Part shown: positions 1 to 9,570 of the stretch, piece after piece
How positions within the stretch are numbered: the first letter of the stretch is position 1
Layout of the letters: every line of letters starts with the position of its first letter
DNA from: an uncultured Desulfobacteraceae bacterium
GTDB taxonomy: Bacteria; Desulfobacterota; DSM-4660; Desulfatiglandales; Desulfatiglandaceae
NCBI GenBank assembly: GCA_964412835.1
Contig: CAYPQJ010000002.1
Span: 2,006-66,005 of the forward strand
Direction: 5' to 3'
Length of the DNA: 64,000 nucleotides
Made by a program: the position numbers and the translations under genes
The notes under the pieces: model-generated
What the model was told of the DNA's origin: nothing
The model's input: only the letters and a program-made list of their open reading frames with translations
The model's database searches: none

Positions 1-590
1 AACGGGGGGAGAATCTCGGTATACCCATGTTCTGTTGTGTGAATATGGATCATGAAATTGATCAAGGCGCGCTCCATGGCAGCCCCCGCTCCCCGATAAA
101 GTGCAAATCTTGCCCCCGAGAGCTTGGCGGCACAGGCAAAATCCAGAATACCCAGGGTTTCGCCGATCTCCCAGTGGGGAAGGGGCTTAAATTCAAAGTC
201 TTCAATTTCGCCCCAGGTCCTGATGACCGGGTTGTCCTTTTCATCTTTGCCCACCGGAACGGATTCATCCGGGATATTGGGTATGAGCTGAAGGAGCCGT
301 TCCAGTTCTTCCACAAAACGTGGGAGTTCCTTTTCCTTTTCTTTAATCCGGGCTGAAACCGTTTTCATTTCAGAAATGACATCCGAGGCATCTTCGCCGT
401 TCTTTTTCATGGCGGCGATATCATCGCTGACACTGTTTCTGCGGTGTCTGAGCGCTTCCAAAACGGAAAGCCGCTCTCTTCTTTCCCTGTCCAACCGCTC
501 AAAATGTGAAATATCCAGATCGTATCCGCGGTCGAGGATCATTGTTTTAATATCCTCCAGATTCGACCTGACAAATTTTAGATCCAGCAT
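1..590 (-). CDS. serS: Seryl-tRNA synthetase, N-terminal ~196 codons (rest lies beyond the window start)
   Basis: Edge-open ORF, so absent from the track. Reverse-strand translation from ATG at 588-590 reads MLDLKFVRSNLEDIKTMILDRGYDLD...HWEIGETLGILDFACAAKLSGARFALYRGAGAAMERALINFMIHIHTTEHGYTEILPP. This is the SerRS coiled-coil arm plus the start of the class II core. Track ORFs 27-356(+) and 376-651(+) are antisense shadows. Confidence 0.9.
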   Translation of the reverse strand, partial: MLDLKFVRSNLEDIKTMILDRGYDLDISHFERLDRERRERLSVLEALRHRRNSVSDDIAAMKKNGEDASDVISEMKTVSARIKEKEKELPRFVEELERLLQLIPNIPDESVPVGKDEKDNPVIRTWGEIEDFEFKPLPHWEIGETLGILDFACAAKLSGARFALYRGAGAAMERALINFMIHIHTTEHGYTEILPP

Positions 591-851
591 AATTGTCTCC
601 CGAATTTTCAAAACCATTCCGACAAACATCCCAGGTGCCTTTTCTACATGATGGAACAGCAATGGTCAAACCTTTTAGGGTCTTCAAACAAATTGAACTT
701 TATAAAAATTCATGTTATGAGGGCTTTTCTTGAAATTCCATGGGCCTTTAAAGAAAAAGGGCCATAAAACGTTTAACTTCCGGAGGAAAGGGGAAATTTT
801 ACAGAGCAACCACCGAATAGAACACTGTTTTTTCCTTTTAATCATGATCTT

Positions 852-2264
852 ATGAAAAATGCCCAATCCAAAAACAACCCCAATGCTTTCTGGCGATTCT
901 TAAGTTCCGTTAAACTGACCATTGTCCTTTTGATCTTGCTGGCCATCGTTTCCATTGTGGGGACCGTGATCCCTCAGGAACAGGGTGCCGTCGAATTTGC
1001 AAAAAATCTCAGCCCGGCCATGTTTCGGTTACTTTCAACGCTGCAGCTCTTTGATATGTATAACGCCCCGTGGTTCAGGCTCCTCATCGCATTTCTAGCC
1101 CTTAACCTGGTTGTCTGTTCCATTAACCGGTTTCCATCCACATGGAAGCGTTTTTCCGTCAAACCGGCGCCCAACCGGAGCAAGCCTTTTGAAAAAAACA
1201 CACTGGAAGATTGTTTTGAAGTCACCGTTAATGGGGATGAGGCATCAAAACGGGTCGAAAAAATACTCAAATCAGGTTACAGAAACGTCCGCCGAAAAAC
1301 CAGCGGCGCCGATCATTTTTTCTACGGGGATAAGGGAAGTCTCTCCTATTTCGGCGTCTATGTGGTTCATTTGAGCGTACTTTTGATCCTTGTGGGAGGC
1401 CTGGTGGGATCGTTTTTTGGTTTTGAGGCCTATGTCAACATTCTGGAGGGAGAAAAAGCAGATCAGGTGATCATTCGGAAAACCATGAGACCTCTGAATC
1501 TCGGTTTTGAAGTCCGTTGCGACAAGTTCTCGGTTGATTTCTACAAGACCGGAGCACCCAAGGAATTCAAGTCCCTACTCACCTTTCTGGTCAACGGGAA
1601 GGCCGTCCAAAAGAACGATCTTCTGGTCAATCATCCCGTAGAATTCGGCGGCATCACCTTTTATCAGGCCACCTACGGCTCCGTTGCCGGCAAAGAGGCA
1701 CATTTGCGCATTGACAGGAAATCAAACAAACCCGTCTCATCTGAAAAAACCGTAAAAGGCAACATAAGCTATCCGTTGCCCGACAGCGAAGGGACCTTCA
1801 AGGTGGTAGACATGAGAAACGATATCATGCACCTGGGTCCTGCCGTACTCATTTCCATAAAACCAAAAACAGGAAATCCGCTCGAGTTCTGGGTGTTTAA
1901 GGACCATGATGCGGTAAAAAAAAGGTTGCCGCCCCCCATGCTGGCCTCCCCGAAATTTAATCCTGAAGCTTTTCCCCCCTACCGCTTCTCGCTTACAGGT
2001 CTCAAAACCCTTTATTACACGGGGCTCCAGGCCAACAGAGATCCGGGTGTTCCCATTGTGTGGGTGGGCTGTTTTCTTATGGTGTCAGGTTTGTTTGTGA
2101 CCTTTTTTATGTCGCACAAAAGGGTGTGGGTGCGTATCCTTGATCAGGGGGCAAGGGCAAAGATCGAAGTGGCAGGAACCACCAACAAAAACCCGGTGGG
2201 GCTTCAAAAAGAGCTCCGGCATCTCATGATAAATCTTCAAACCGAATTCCATAAAAAGGGCTAG
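852..2264 (+). CDS. ccsB: Cytochrome c biogenesis protein ResB/CcsB (system II)
   Basis: 470 aa. The N-terminus NPNAFWRFLSSVKLTIVLLILLAIVSIVGTVIPQ and the TM / large soluble loop / C-terminal TM layout are typical of ResB. ccsA follows directly. Confidence 0.85.
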   Translation: MKNAQSKNNPNAFWRFLSSVKLTIVLLILLAIVSIVGTVIPQEQGAVEFAKNLSPAMFRLLSTLQLFDMYNAPWFRLLIAFLALNLVVCSINRFPSTWKRFSVKPAPNRSKPFEKNTLEDCFEVTVNGDEASKRVEKILKSGYRNVRRKTSGADHFFYGDKGSLSYFGVYVVHLSVLLILVGGLVGSFFGFEAYVNILEGEKADQVIIRKTMRPLNLGFEVRCDKFSVDFYKTGAPKEFKSLLTFLVNGKAVQKNDLLVNHPVEFGGITFYQATYGSVAGKEAHLRIDRKSNKPVSSEKTVKGNISYPLPDSEGTFKVVDMRNDIMHLGPAVLISIKPKTGNPLEFWVFKDHDAVKKRLPPPMLASPKFNPEAFPPYRFSLTGLKTLYYTGLQANRDPGVPIVWVGCFLMVSGLFVTFFMSHKRVWVRILDQGARAKIEVAGTTNKNPVGLQKELRHLMINLQTEFHKKG

Positions 2265-2269
2265 AACAC

Positions 2270-3112
2270 ATGGATAACTCTCTGATTCTCAGTTACACCA
2301 CCTTTATATATTTCCTGGCGTTCATGGTTTACCTGCTGGGCATGGTCATGAATCGTGCTGTTCTTTCCCGCCTGGGCACTTATCTCTCCCTTCTGGGGTT
2401 TACGGCCCAGACCCTGGCCATTATTCTGCGGTGGGTGGAATCCTACGAAATGGGCATCGGCCATGCGCCCTTTTCCAACCTTTATGAGTCTTTGATTTTC
2501 TTTGCATGGACGTTGATGTTTCTTTACCTTATCCTGGAGTGGCGCACCAAAAACAGAACCATCGGCGCTTTTGTGACCCCGCTGGCGTTTCTGGCCATGG
2601 CTTATGCCTCCTTTTCCCCCAATATCAGCAGCCACATTCAGCCATTGATCCCGGCGCTCAAAAGCAACTGGCTCATCAGCCATGTCATCACCTGTTTTTT
2701 CGGATACGCCGCCTTTGCGCTATCGTTCGGGATCAGCATTATGTACCTGTTGAAACGTCTGGATACGGCAGAGAAAAACAGCCTTTTTCTGAGACTCATC
2801 CCTTCGACTGCCGTGCTGGACGATCTCAATTACCAGATGGTCGTCATCGGTTTTCTCATGTTGACCCTTGGTATTATCACCGGGTCCGTCTGGGCCCATT
2901 CAGCGTGGGGAACTTACTGGAGTTGGGACCCCAAAGAGACCTGGTCGCTCATTACCTGGCTGGTTTATGCATCGGTTATCCATACGCGACTGGTGAAAGG
3001 CTGGAAAGGAAAAAAGATCGCGATCCTATCCATTGTGGGTTTTCTCTGTGTCCTTTTCACCTATTTCGGCGTCAATTATCTGGCCGGGCTTCACAGTTAC
3101 GCAAAAAAATAA
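2270..3112 (+). CDS. ccsA: Cytochrome c-type biogenesis protein CcsA/ResC
   Basis: 280 aa polytopic protein with the Trp-rich haem-handling motif WGTYWSWDPKETW. It starts 5 nt after the ccsB stop. Confidence 0.9.
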   Translation: MDNSLILSYTTFIYFLAFMVYLLGMVMNRAVLSRLGTYLSLLGFTAQTLAIILRWVESYEMGIGHAPFSNLYESLIFFAWTLMFLYLILEWRTKNRTIGAFVTPLAFLAMAYASFSPNISSHIQPLIPALKSNWLISHVITCFFGYAAFALSFGISIMYLLKRLDTAEKNSLFLRLIPSTAVLDDLNYQMVVIGFLMLTLGIITGSVWAHSAWGTYWSWDPKETWSLITWLVYASVIHTRLVKGWKGKKIAILSIVGFLCVLFTYFGVNYLAGLHSYAKK

Positions 3113-3224
3113 TTGTTTTATCACCATGGTTTCCCTTGACATTTCCAGCCTACTCTGAAATTGTAGGTAAGTATGCGATCTCCCCTTTTTCAAATCCTTT
3201 CGGAAACCAGACGAGGTTTAAGCG

Positions 3225-4478
3225 ATGCCTAAAATCATGATAGTTGATGATGATGTGATTACCGTTACGGAATTAATCGAAGCCCTGAGATCTTCCGGAT
3301 ACGAAATCGGGGGCACAGCGGAATCCGGCGAGGAAGCCATTAAAATGGCTAAAAAAACCCGCCCGGATCTTGTTCTGATGGACATTGTCATGCCGGGTAA
3401 AGTTGACGGTATAAAGGCAGCAAAAAATATCAGAGAAGAGCTGAACATCCCTGTGATATTCCTGACCGGCTACTCGGAGGAAAAATATATTGAAAGGGCG
3501 AAATCGGCGCGATCCTTCGGGTACCTTCTCAAGCCGTTCGTCGACGCACAGGTCAGTTCGGCCATTAAGATCGCCCTATACAATTTTGAACTTGAGAAAT
3601 CACTGGCAGAGGCCCATCTCCAGCTTGAAAAAATCGTTGAGGAACGTACCGCTGCTCTGGAAAAGACCTACGATCAGATGAGCGCGCTGATCAATGCTTC
3701 TTCTGATGCCGCGCAACTCCTGGACCCGAAGGGAAATATTATCACCGCGAACAAGGTGACCGCCAAAAGGCTCAAAGCACCGCTTAAAGAACTCCTGGGC
3801 AAGTGCGTGTATGATTACCTGCCGCCCGAGATTGCCAAAAAGAGAAAAGGAAAGGTTGCCCAGGTCATCAAAACGGGTAAACCAAGCCGGTTTGAGGATC
3901 GCACAAGCAAGCTTGTTTTGCAGAACACCATGTATCCTGTTGTGAACGCAAAAGGAAAAGTGGTGCAGCTGGCCGTCTATTCCAGGGATGTTTCTCCGGA
4001 AAAAAAGAATATCGCAAACCTTAAAAAAAGAGAAAAAGAACTGAACTATCGGACGCGAAGCCTGGAAGAAGCCAATACCGCCTTCAGCATATTGTTGCGG
4101 CGGCGCGAGGAAGACCGGACCGAATTTGAATCCTCGGTGGTCAGCAACATGAGCACCCTGATCAAACCCTATATTGAAAAACTTAAAAGCACTCCCCTTG
4201 ATGCCATTCAGACCAACCATTTACATGTGATTGAAACCAATCTGGAACAGATTGTTTCCCCGTTTGTTCGGGATATCGGGTCCAGGGTGCTGGAACTGAC
4301 GCCCATGGAAATCCGGGTGGCCACTCTGGTCAAAGAAGGCAAGAGCAATATCGAAATTGCTGAAAAACTCTCTGTATCAAAAAATACGATTTTAACCCAT
4401 CGCTTTAACCTGAGGCGGAAGCTGGGCATCAAAAACAAAAAGATCAACCTGCGCGCCTACCTCCTTTCGTTTCATTAA
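3225..4478 (+). CDS. Response regulator with receiver, PAS-like, coiled-coil and LuxR/FixJ-type HTH domains
   Basis: Receiver motifs IMIVDDD, DLVLMDIVMPG and LLKPF. Central PAS-like segment. C-terminal HTH LTPMEIRVATLVKEGKSNIEIAEKLSVSKNTILTHRFNLRRKLG. Confidence 0.8.
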   Translation: MPKIMIVDDDVITVTELIEALRSSGYEIGGTAESGEEAIKMAKKTRPDLVLMDIVMPGKVDGIKAAKNIREELNIPVIFLTGYSEEKYIERAKSARSFGYLLKPFVDAQVSSAIKIALYNFELEKSLAEAHLQLEKIVEERTAALEKTYDQMSALINASSDAAQLLDPKGNIITANKVTAKRLKAPLKELLGKCVYDYLPPEIAKKRKGKVAQVIKTGKPSRFEDRTSKLVLQNTMYPVVNAKGKVVQLAVYSRDVSPEKKNIANLKKREKELNYRTRSLEEANTAFSILLRRREEDRTEFESSVVSNMSTLIKPYIEKLKSTPLDAIQTNHLHVIETNLEQIVSPFVRDIGSRVLELTPMEIRVATLVKEGKSNIEIAEKLSVSKNTILTHRFNLRRKLGIKNKKINLRAYLLSFH

Positions 4479-4497
4479 GATTCCGGGGTTATGGGAC

Positions 4498-4779
4498 TCA
4501 CTGGATCGTCACTTCTCCTCCCGGTTCTTCGGCCATTTGAATGGGGCCGAATTTCTGCTCGTATTTTTCAAGATTCTCCTGCAACGCATGAAGAATCCGT
4601 TTCATGTGTCCGGGACTCACGACGATACGTGATTTGACCACGCCTGCCGGAGGAGCGATCATAATATAATCCATAATAAACTCTTCGGCGGTGTGGGTTA
4701 CCGCCATATTGTTGGCATATGCGCCACCTACCATTTCTTTGGGGAATTCTACGTTAATTTGATTCGGGTTGTTACTCAT
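4498..4779 (-). CDS. DUF3467-like small protein
   Basis: MSNNPNQINVEFPKEMVGGAYANNMAVTHTAEEFIMDYIM... resembles the DUF3467 family. Start moved to the internal ATG, which is preceded by AAGGAG. The longer track ORF (to 4809) has no RBS. Confidence 0.6.
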   Translation of the reverse strand: MSNNPNQINVEFPKEMVGGAYANNMAVTHTAEEFIMDYIMIAPPAGVVKSRIVVSPGHMKRILHALQENLEKYEQKFGPIQMAEEPGGEVTIQ

Positions 4780-4897
4780 ACTGCTCTCCTTTAGTTTGCA
4801 TTTTGTCATATTGCATTTAATCGTTATCGGTGTGCAGTTTTCAAAATTTCACCCTGCCCCCTGACAACTGCACCCTGTGAACTTTTTACCATCAATA

Positions 4898-6196
4898 TCA
4901 TCCACCATAAAGAAATGAGCAAACCGCCATAGCCGCCAAAATGCCGGCCAGATCCGCTGTCAAAGCCGCCGCCAGGGCATGGCGGATGCGTTTGATCTGA
5001 ACCGCGCCAAAATAGACGGCCAACACATAAAAGCTGGTTTCGGTTGATCCCTGGAGCGTGGAAACCAGATAACCCGTGTAACTGTCAGGGCCGATCCCGG
5101 GGTCATTGATAATGGAAGCCATCACCCCGTAGGCACCGGATCCCGACAGGGGGCGCAGGAGGGCCATGGGGAGTGCATCGGCCGGCATTCCCACCTTGGT
5201 GGTCCATGTTCCCAGAAAATTGACCATTTGATCCATGGCGCCGCTGGCGCGCAGCATCCCCACCGCCACCAGGATGGCGACCAGATAGGGGATAATGCGG
5301 ATGGCGACCTGAAATCCCTCTTTGGCGCCTTCCACGAATACCTCATAGACCGGCACTTTCCGTAAAACACCGAATGCCAGGAAACCCAGCATCAAGGCGG
5401 GAATGATCCAGGGTGAAATAGCATGGCCGAACAGGACCGTTACGGGAATAAGCGAGACCAGGATTGCCATGGCAATACCGCTTACCCAAAGGGGATACCC
5501 TTTCTCGGTCTCTTTTGTTAGGGAATCAGGCGCCTCATCATCGCTTAACCCCTCTGAAAGTTCGCTTTTAACCGGACGTGTTCGTTTGAAAAAAGGCAGC
5601 TTTCCATAGAGCTTGGCCGCGAAAATAGCAATGATGGTTGAAAAAAGCGTTGCAAAAAGGGTCGTGGGCAGAATACCCGCCGGATCATTGGACCCTGCTG
5701 CAGCGCGAATTGCGATAACACCGGTGGGCAAAAGGGTCACATTGGAGGTATTGATGGCCAGAAACAGAACCATTGCATCGGTGGCTGTCCCCTTAACCGG
5801 GTTCAATTTGTCCAGTTCCTGCATGGCGCGAATGCCGAACGGGGTGGCGGCATTCCCCAGGCCCAGGGCGTTTGCAGACATGTTCAGGATCATGCTGCCC
5901 ATGGCCGGGTGATCCGCGGGCACAGAGGGAAACAATCTTACCATTACCGGTCGGATAAGCCGGGCCACAATGGTGAGCATCCCCCCTGATTCAGCGACCT
6001 TCATCAACCCCAGGAAAAGGGTCATCACCCCCACCAATCCCAGGGCAAGTTCCACTGAGCCGGTGGCTGAATCCACCATTGCCTTGGAAAGCATTTCCAT
6101 GGGGGGAACACCCCCCGTCTCCGGGGTCCAAACCATCTGCCGCCAGCCCGCTGAACAAACTGCCGCCAATACCATGAAAAAAAAGATAAAGTTCAT
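4898..6196 (-). CDS. Nucleoside-recognition-domain membrane protein (fused SpmA/SpmB-like)
   Basis: Polytopic protein with SpmA/SpmB-type segments (GLVGVMTLFLGLMKVAE, NMSANALGLGNAATPFG, GSGAYGV). Start taken at MNFIFFFMV (ATG 6194-6196), which overlaps the upstream gene stop by 1 nt (TAATG). The first 92 codons of the track ORF run inside the upstream gene. Confidence 0.6.
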   Translation of the reverse strand: MNFIFFFMVLAAVCSAGWRQMVWTPETGGVPPMEMLSKAMVDSATGSVELALGLVGVMTLFLGLMKVAESGGMLTIVARLIRPVMVRLFPSVPADHPAMGSMILNMSANALGLGNAATPFGIRAMQELDKLNPVKGTATDAMVLFLAINTSNVTLLPTGVIAIRAAAGSNDPAGILPTTLFATLFSTIIAIFAAKLYGKLPFFKRTRPVKSELSEGLSDDEAPDSLTKETEKGYPLWVSGIAMAILVSLIPVTVLFGHAISPWIIPALMLGFLAFGVLRKVPVYEVFVEGAKEGFQVAIRIIPYLVAILVAVGMLRASGAMDQMVNFLGTWTTKVGMPADALPMALLRPLSGSGAYGVMASIINDPGIGPDSYTGYLVSTLQGSTETSFYVLAVYFGAVQIKRIRHALAAALTADLAGILAAMAVCSFLYGG

Positions 6197-7500
6197 TATT
6201 TTGAGCGTTTCCCCATCAAGAAATGGCAGCTGGTGATGAGGTAGACCAAAAAACATATAATAAGCAAGGCACCCAGCATTTGTGAATCCCGGGCTTTTAT
6301 GAGGTAGGCGATAATAAATACAACCACAAAACCGAACATGACAATCAGGGTTCGCGGCAAACGGGTCAGAATAACCCTTCCAAAATGAACAAATCGAATG
6401 TGACTTACCAGTAAAAAAGCGGTAAGGCAAATGACCAGCGTGACAGCCCATGGTCGGGTGCAGAACAGACAAGCGCCCAGCGCCGCAATGGCCCCCGCCG
6501 GGCTCGGCAATCCGTTAAAAACGCCGGGAGGCAGGCTGTTGTTTTTCTTGTCAATCATGAGATATCGCCACAGTCGATACCCGATGGCCAGGGTATAAAG
6601 GGCTCCCAGAATGAAAAAAAGAAGTTTCATGTCCCCTTTGAGGATGATCAGCAATCCCGGACATATGCCAAAACTGACCAGGTCGGCGATATCGTCCAGC
6701 CAGGGCCCGAACCGGGTACCCCCATGCTTCTCTGCCATCCGTCCGTCAAAGAGATCAAAAATCTGTCCCGCAAGGATTGCCATGGTTGCATAGGCATACC
6801 GCCCCTGAAACACCAGAAAGATGCCCATGATACCGCAAAAAAGATTTAACAGGGATAAAATGTCCGCGTAAAAGTGGTTCGGTATGATTTTAAAAACAAT
6901 GGATGAAACGGATAAAATAATGCACAGATTCAGCATTTGCTTTGAGAAATTGGGGAGTTTCAGGGCATCATCCAAAAGTGCACAGTAAATGATCAGGGAA
7001 AAACACAAAACCGCTTTAATTTTCCCAAAATTGTTTGCCGCCACAGAGAACTGGGTAAACCGTTTGATGACGTATCTCACCACAAACTGTCCGCACACTT
7101 CTATGACCACCAGAGCCCATGCTGCCGCCACATCCAGATAACCCTGGTATGCAAAAAACAGAATGGGCGGCAAATAGGTCAATTTGTCGCATAAGGGATC
7201 GATTTCCTCCCCGAAAGACGTGGTCAGTTTGCATTGACGGGCAACAAGCCCGTCAACACCGTCCAAGACCGCTGAAACAGTAAACAACAGGATGCCAAGG
7301 GCGTGCTGCCCTGCCACAAAATACAATAATGTTCCCGATGCCCCGATGATCACCCGCCAGAGGCAGATGGTATTGGGATGAAAAATCCAATGGCGGCCCA
7401 GAAAATCTCTTCCTCTATCCGTTTTTAAAACCAGCACGAAAGCCAGATACATTAAACCGGAAATAACCACGGATATACTGAGATAAATGGTTCTATCCAA
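6196..7500 (-). CDS. Membrane protein with two tandem CDP-alcohol phosphatidyltransferase domains
   Basis: Two copies of the D-G-x2-A-R/E-x8-G-x3-D-x3-D signature: DGVDGLVARQCKLTTSFGEEIDPLCD and DLFDGRMAEKHGGTRFGPWLDDIAD. Each is embedded in its own set of TM helices. The track start is TTG; an ATG lies 16 codons in. Confidence 0.7.
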   Translation of the reverse strand: MDRTIYLSISVVISGLMYLAFVLVLKTDRGRDFLGRHWIFHPNTICLWRVIIGASGTLLYFVAGQHALGILLFTVSAVLDGVDGLVARQCKLTTSFGEEIDPLCDKLTYLPPILFFAYQGYLDVAAAWALVVIEVCGQFVVRYVIKRFTQFSVAANNFGKIKAVLCFSLIIYCALLDDALKLPNFSKQMLNLCIILSVSSIVFKIIPNHFYADILSLLNLFCGIMGIFLVFQGRYAYATMAILAGQIFDLFDGRMAEKHGGTRFGPWLDDIADLVSFGICPGLLIILKGDMKLLFFILGALYTLAIGYRLWRYLMIDKKNNSLPPGVFNGLPSPAGAIAALGACLFCTRPWAVTLVICLTAFLLVSHIRFVHFGRVILTRLPRTLIVMFGFVVVFIIAYLIKARDSQMLGALLIICFLVYLITSCHFLMGKRSK

Positions 7501-7609
7501 CTGAAGACTCCTTAGTTGTGATGCCGCCGTGTACGAGCCATTCTATATCAGGTATTGGGTCTGTATGGTAGCGATTTCTCCAGCCAACAACAAATCTTCT
7601 TTTATTGCT

Positions 7610-7652
7610 TTACATTTTTGTCATATTTTTTCAGCCAAATTACATTTTTGTC
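7610..7652. repeat. Direct repeat TTACATTTTTGTC x2 (30-nt period) in AT-rich intergenic DNA
   Basis: Identical 13-mers at 7610-7622 and 7640-7652. They lie between the divergent lipid-synthesis gene and the amt/glnK relic. Confidence 0.8.
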
Positions 7653-7729
7653 TTTCACCTCAGCCTTGTTGAATAGCTGTAACATATTGTTTATTATCTA
7701 TAAATACAATTATCCCCCATAACCTCCCC

Positions 7730-7978
7730 ATGACCCTCACCGGTGCGGCACTACTCTGGTTCGGGTGGTTCGGTTTTAATGCCGGGAGCGCCCTGGCTGC
7801 CGACGGACTTGCCGCCAACGCTTTCGTGGTTATGGACGCTGACCTGGTGCCCGAGGCCGTTAAGATAATTCAGGACAAAGGGAGGACCGGACAGATTGGA
7901 GACGGAAAAATCTTTATCATGCCTGTGGAAGAAGTCATTAGAATCCGCACGGGAAAAACCGGAAAAGAAGCCATATAG
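7730..7978 (+). pseudogene. Chimeric relic: ammonium transporter (Amt) internal fragment fused in frame to the C-terminal third of PII (GlnK/GlnB)
   Basis: Residues 2-33, [31 protein letters not shown], match the conserved central Amt helix region. Residues ~35-82, [47 protein letters not shown], match the PII C-terminus. Neither parent gene is complete. Confidence 0.75.
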
Positions 7979-8079
7979 TCACATCCTCCCCCCTGCATGG
8001 AATAACCGCCTTGACATAGGCCCTGCGCACATGTAACAGATGGGCTATAATCAAACCGGATTCCTGCAGGGGGGTACAA

Positions 8080-9570
8080 ATGAAGTGGCAAAGGCTCAAG
8101 GCAAAAGGCGTCTGTATATTGTTGCTGACTTTTTTTATTATTTGTCCAAATTCTCTTCCCGCCGCTGAAGGTGATACAACATGGCAGCTTTCCCTCGGCA
8201 GCGGTATTGATTCTTCCCCGGCCATCGGACCCACCGGTAATATTTACGTGGGATGTCTTGATAACAATCTTTACGCAATCAGTTCCAGTGGAAGTCTTAC
8301 ATGGACTTTTACGACCCAGGGTGAAATCCATTCTTCCCCGGCTGTGGGAAGCGACGGCACCATCTACGTGGGATCCAATGACAGCAATCTTTATGCGATT
8401 AATTCGGACGGTACCCGGAAATGGGTGTTTTCCGCACCTTTGGGACCCATTTCATCCTCGCCCGCCATCAGCTCCGACGGCACCCTTTATGTGGGCTCTG
8501 AAGATGGCAGGCTCTACGCTGTCAATTCAGACGGCAGCAGCGCGTTGGGTAACTGGCCGTTTACAGCCGACAGCGCCATCACCAGTTCTCCGGCGGTTGC
8601 CTCAGACGGTACCATTTATATTGGGTCAAAAGGAGGAATACTTTATGCCATCACTTCAACCGGGAGTTTGAGCTGGGATTTTTCCGACAGTAACAACATC
8701 GGCAGCATCTATTCTTCCCCAGCCATTGATGGAGATGGCACTGTCATTTTCGGTTCAAACAATTCCACTGATTCCAAAGTATATGCCGTAAAATCAAATG
8801 GGAGCCTCAAATGGTCCCACCTAATCGGCACCTCGATCCTGTCCTCTCCCGTAATTCGTCAGGACGGGAGTGTTCTAATAGGCTCAGGCAATGGCATATT
8901 TTACGCACTGAGCCAGACGGATGGTAGTGAAGTCTGGACCTACAACCGTGACGACAAAGAAATTCCTTCATCCGCGCTGGTGTCTTCCGACGGCATCATC
9001 TATTACGGATCCAATGATGAGAAAGTTTTTGCCCTCAACAGCAGCGGGACCCTCAAATGGGAACTCATGGTAACCGGTCTGGTCTCCACTTCTCCGGCCA
9101 TGGGATTCGGAGGCAACATTTATGTCGGCACGGAATCAGGGTACCTCTACGCCATTGAAACCGCCTCCAGCCGGCTTGCCACGGGTTTATGGCCTTCGTT
9201 TCATCACGATGCAAGGCATACGGGGCGCAACAATAGCAACAAAGGTCCCACCGCCAATGCGGGATCTGACCAGACGGTAAAATCCGAGAACACGGTCACC
9301 CTGAACGGCTCCGGCAGTTCCGATCCGGATTACGGCATTCCTCTGTTCAACTGGACCCAGACGGAGGGTGACACTGTTTCTCTCCGTAACGTCACTTTCG
9401 TCACACCGAGCTTTACAGCCCCCACTGTCAGCGACGACAACAAAAAAACGCTTACCTTTCAACTGAAGGTGACCGATAACGGTGCCCTTACCAGCACGGA
9501 TACGGTTCAGGTTACAGTGGAAAAAAACGACGAAAATAACGGGTGCTTTATCAGAACGCTCAGCAATTAA
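8080..9570 (+). CDS. Secreted 8-bladed PQQ-like beta-propeller protein with C-terminal PKD/Ig-like domain
   Basis: Signal peptide MKWQRLKAKGVCILLLTFFIICPNSLPAAEG. Eight ~40-aa repeats of the form SSPA(I/V)xxDGT(I/L)YVGSxDxxLYA(I/V)NSxG. Then WPSFHHDARHTGRN, followed by ANAGSDQTV...LNGSGSSDPD...FQLKVTDNGALTSTDTVQVTV. Confidence 0.75.
   Translation: MKWQRLKAKGVCILLLTFFIICPNSLPAAEGDTTWQLSLGSGIDSSPAIGPTGNIYVGCLDNNLYAISSSGSLTWTFTTQGEIHSSPAVGSDGTIYVGSNDSNLYAINSDGTRKWVFSAPLGPISSSPAISSDGTLYVGSEDGRLYAVNSDGSSALGNWPFTADSAITSSPAVASDGTIYIGSKGGILYAITSTGSLSWDFSDSNNIGSIYSSPAIDGDGTVIFGSNNSTDSKVYAVKSNGSLKWSHLIGTSILSSPVIRQDGSVLIGSGNGIFYALSQTDGSEVWTYNRDDKEIPSSALVSSDGIIYYGSNDEKVFALNSSGTLKWELMVTGLVSTSPAMGFGGNIYVGTESGYLYAIETASSRLATGLWPSFHHDARHTGRNNSNKGPTANAGSDQTVKSENTVTLNGSGSSDPDYGIPLFNWTQTEGDTVSLRNVTFVTPSFTAPTVSDDNKKTLTFQLKVTDNGALTSTDTVQVTVEKNDENNGCFIRTLSN

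Noticed and set aside
2506-3240. Long alternative-frame and antisense track ORFs. Examples: 2506-3240(+), 9835-10341(+), 17342-18013(-), 29366-30163(+), 39951-40616(-), 49876-50838(-), 58943-59908(+), 61527-62435(+).
   Set aside because: Each lies entirely inside a gene with clear family motifs in another frame or strand. Their translations are Arg/Pro/Gly/His-rich low-complexity strings typical of off-frame reading of GC-rich coding DNA.
6197-6472. N-terminal 92 codons of track ORF 4898-6472.
   Set aside because: This part overlaps the 3' end of the upstream phosphatidyltransferase gene in another frame and looks non-protein-like. The internal ATG at 6196 gives a normal hydrophobic N-terminus and TAATG coupling.
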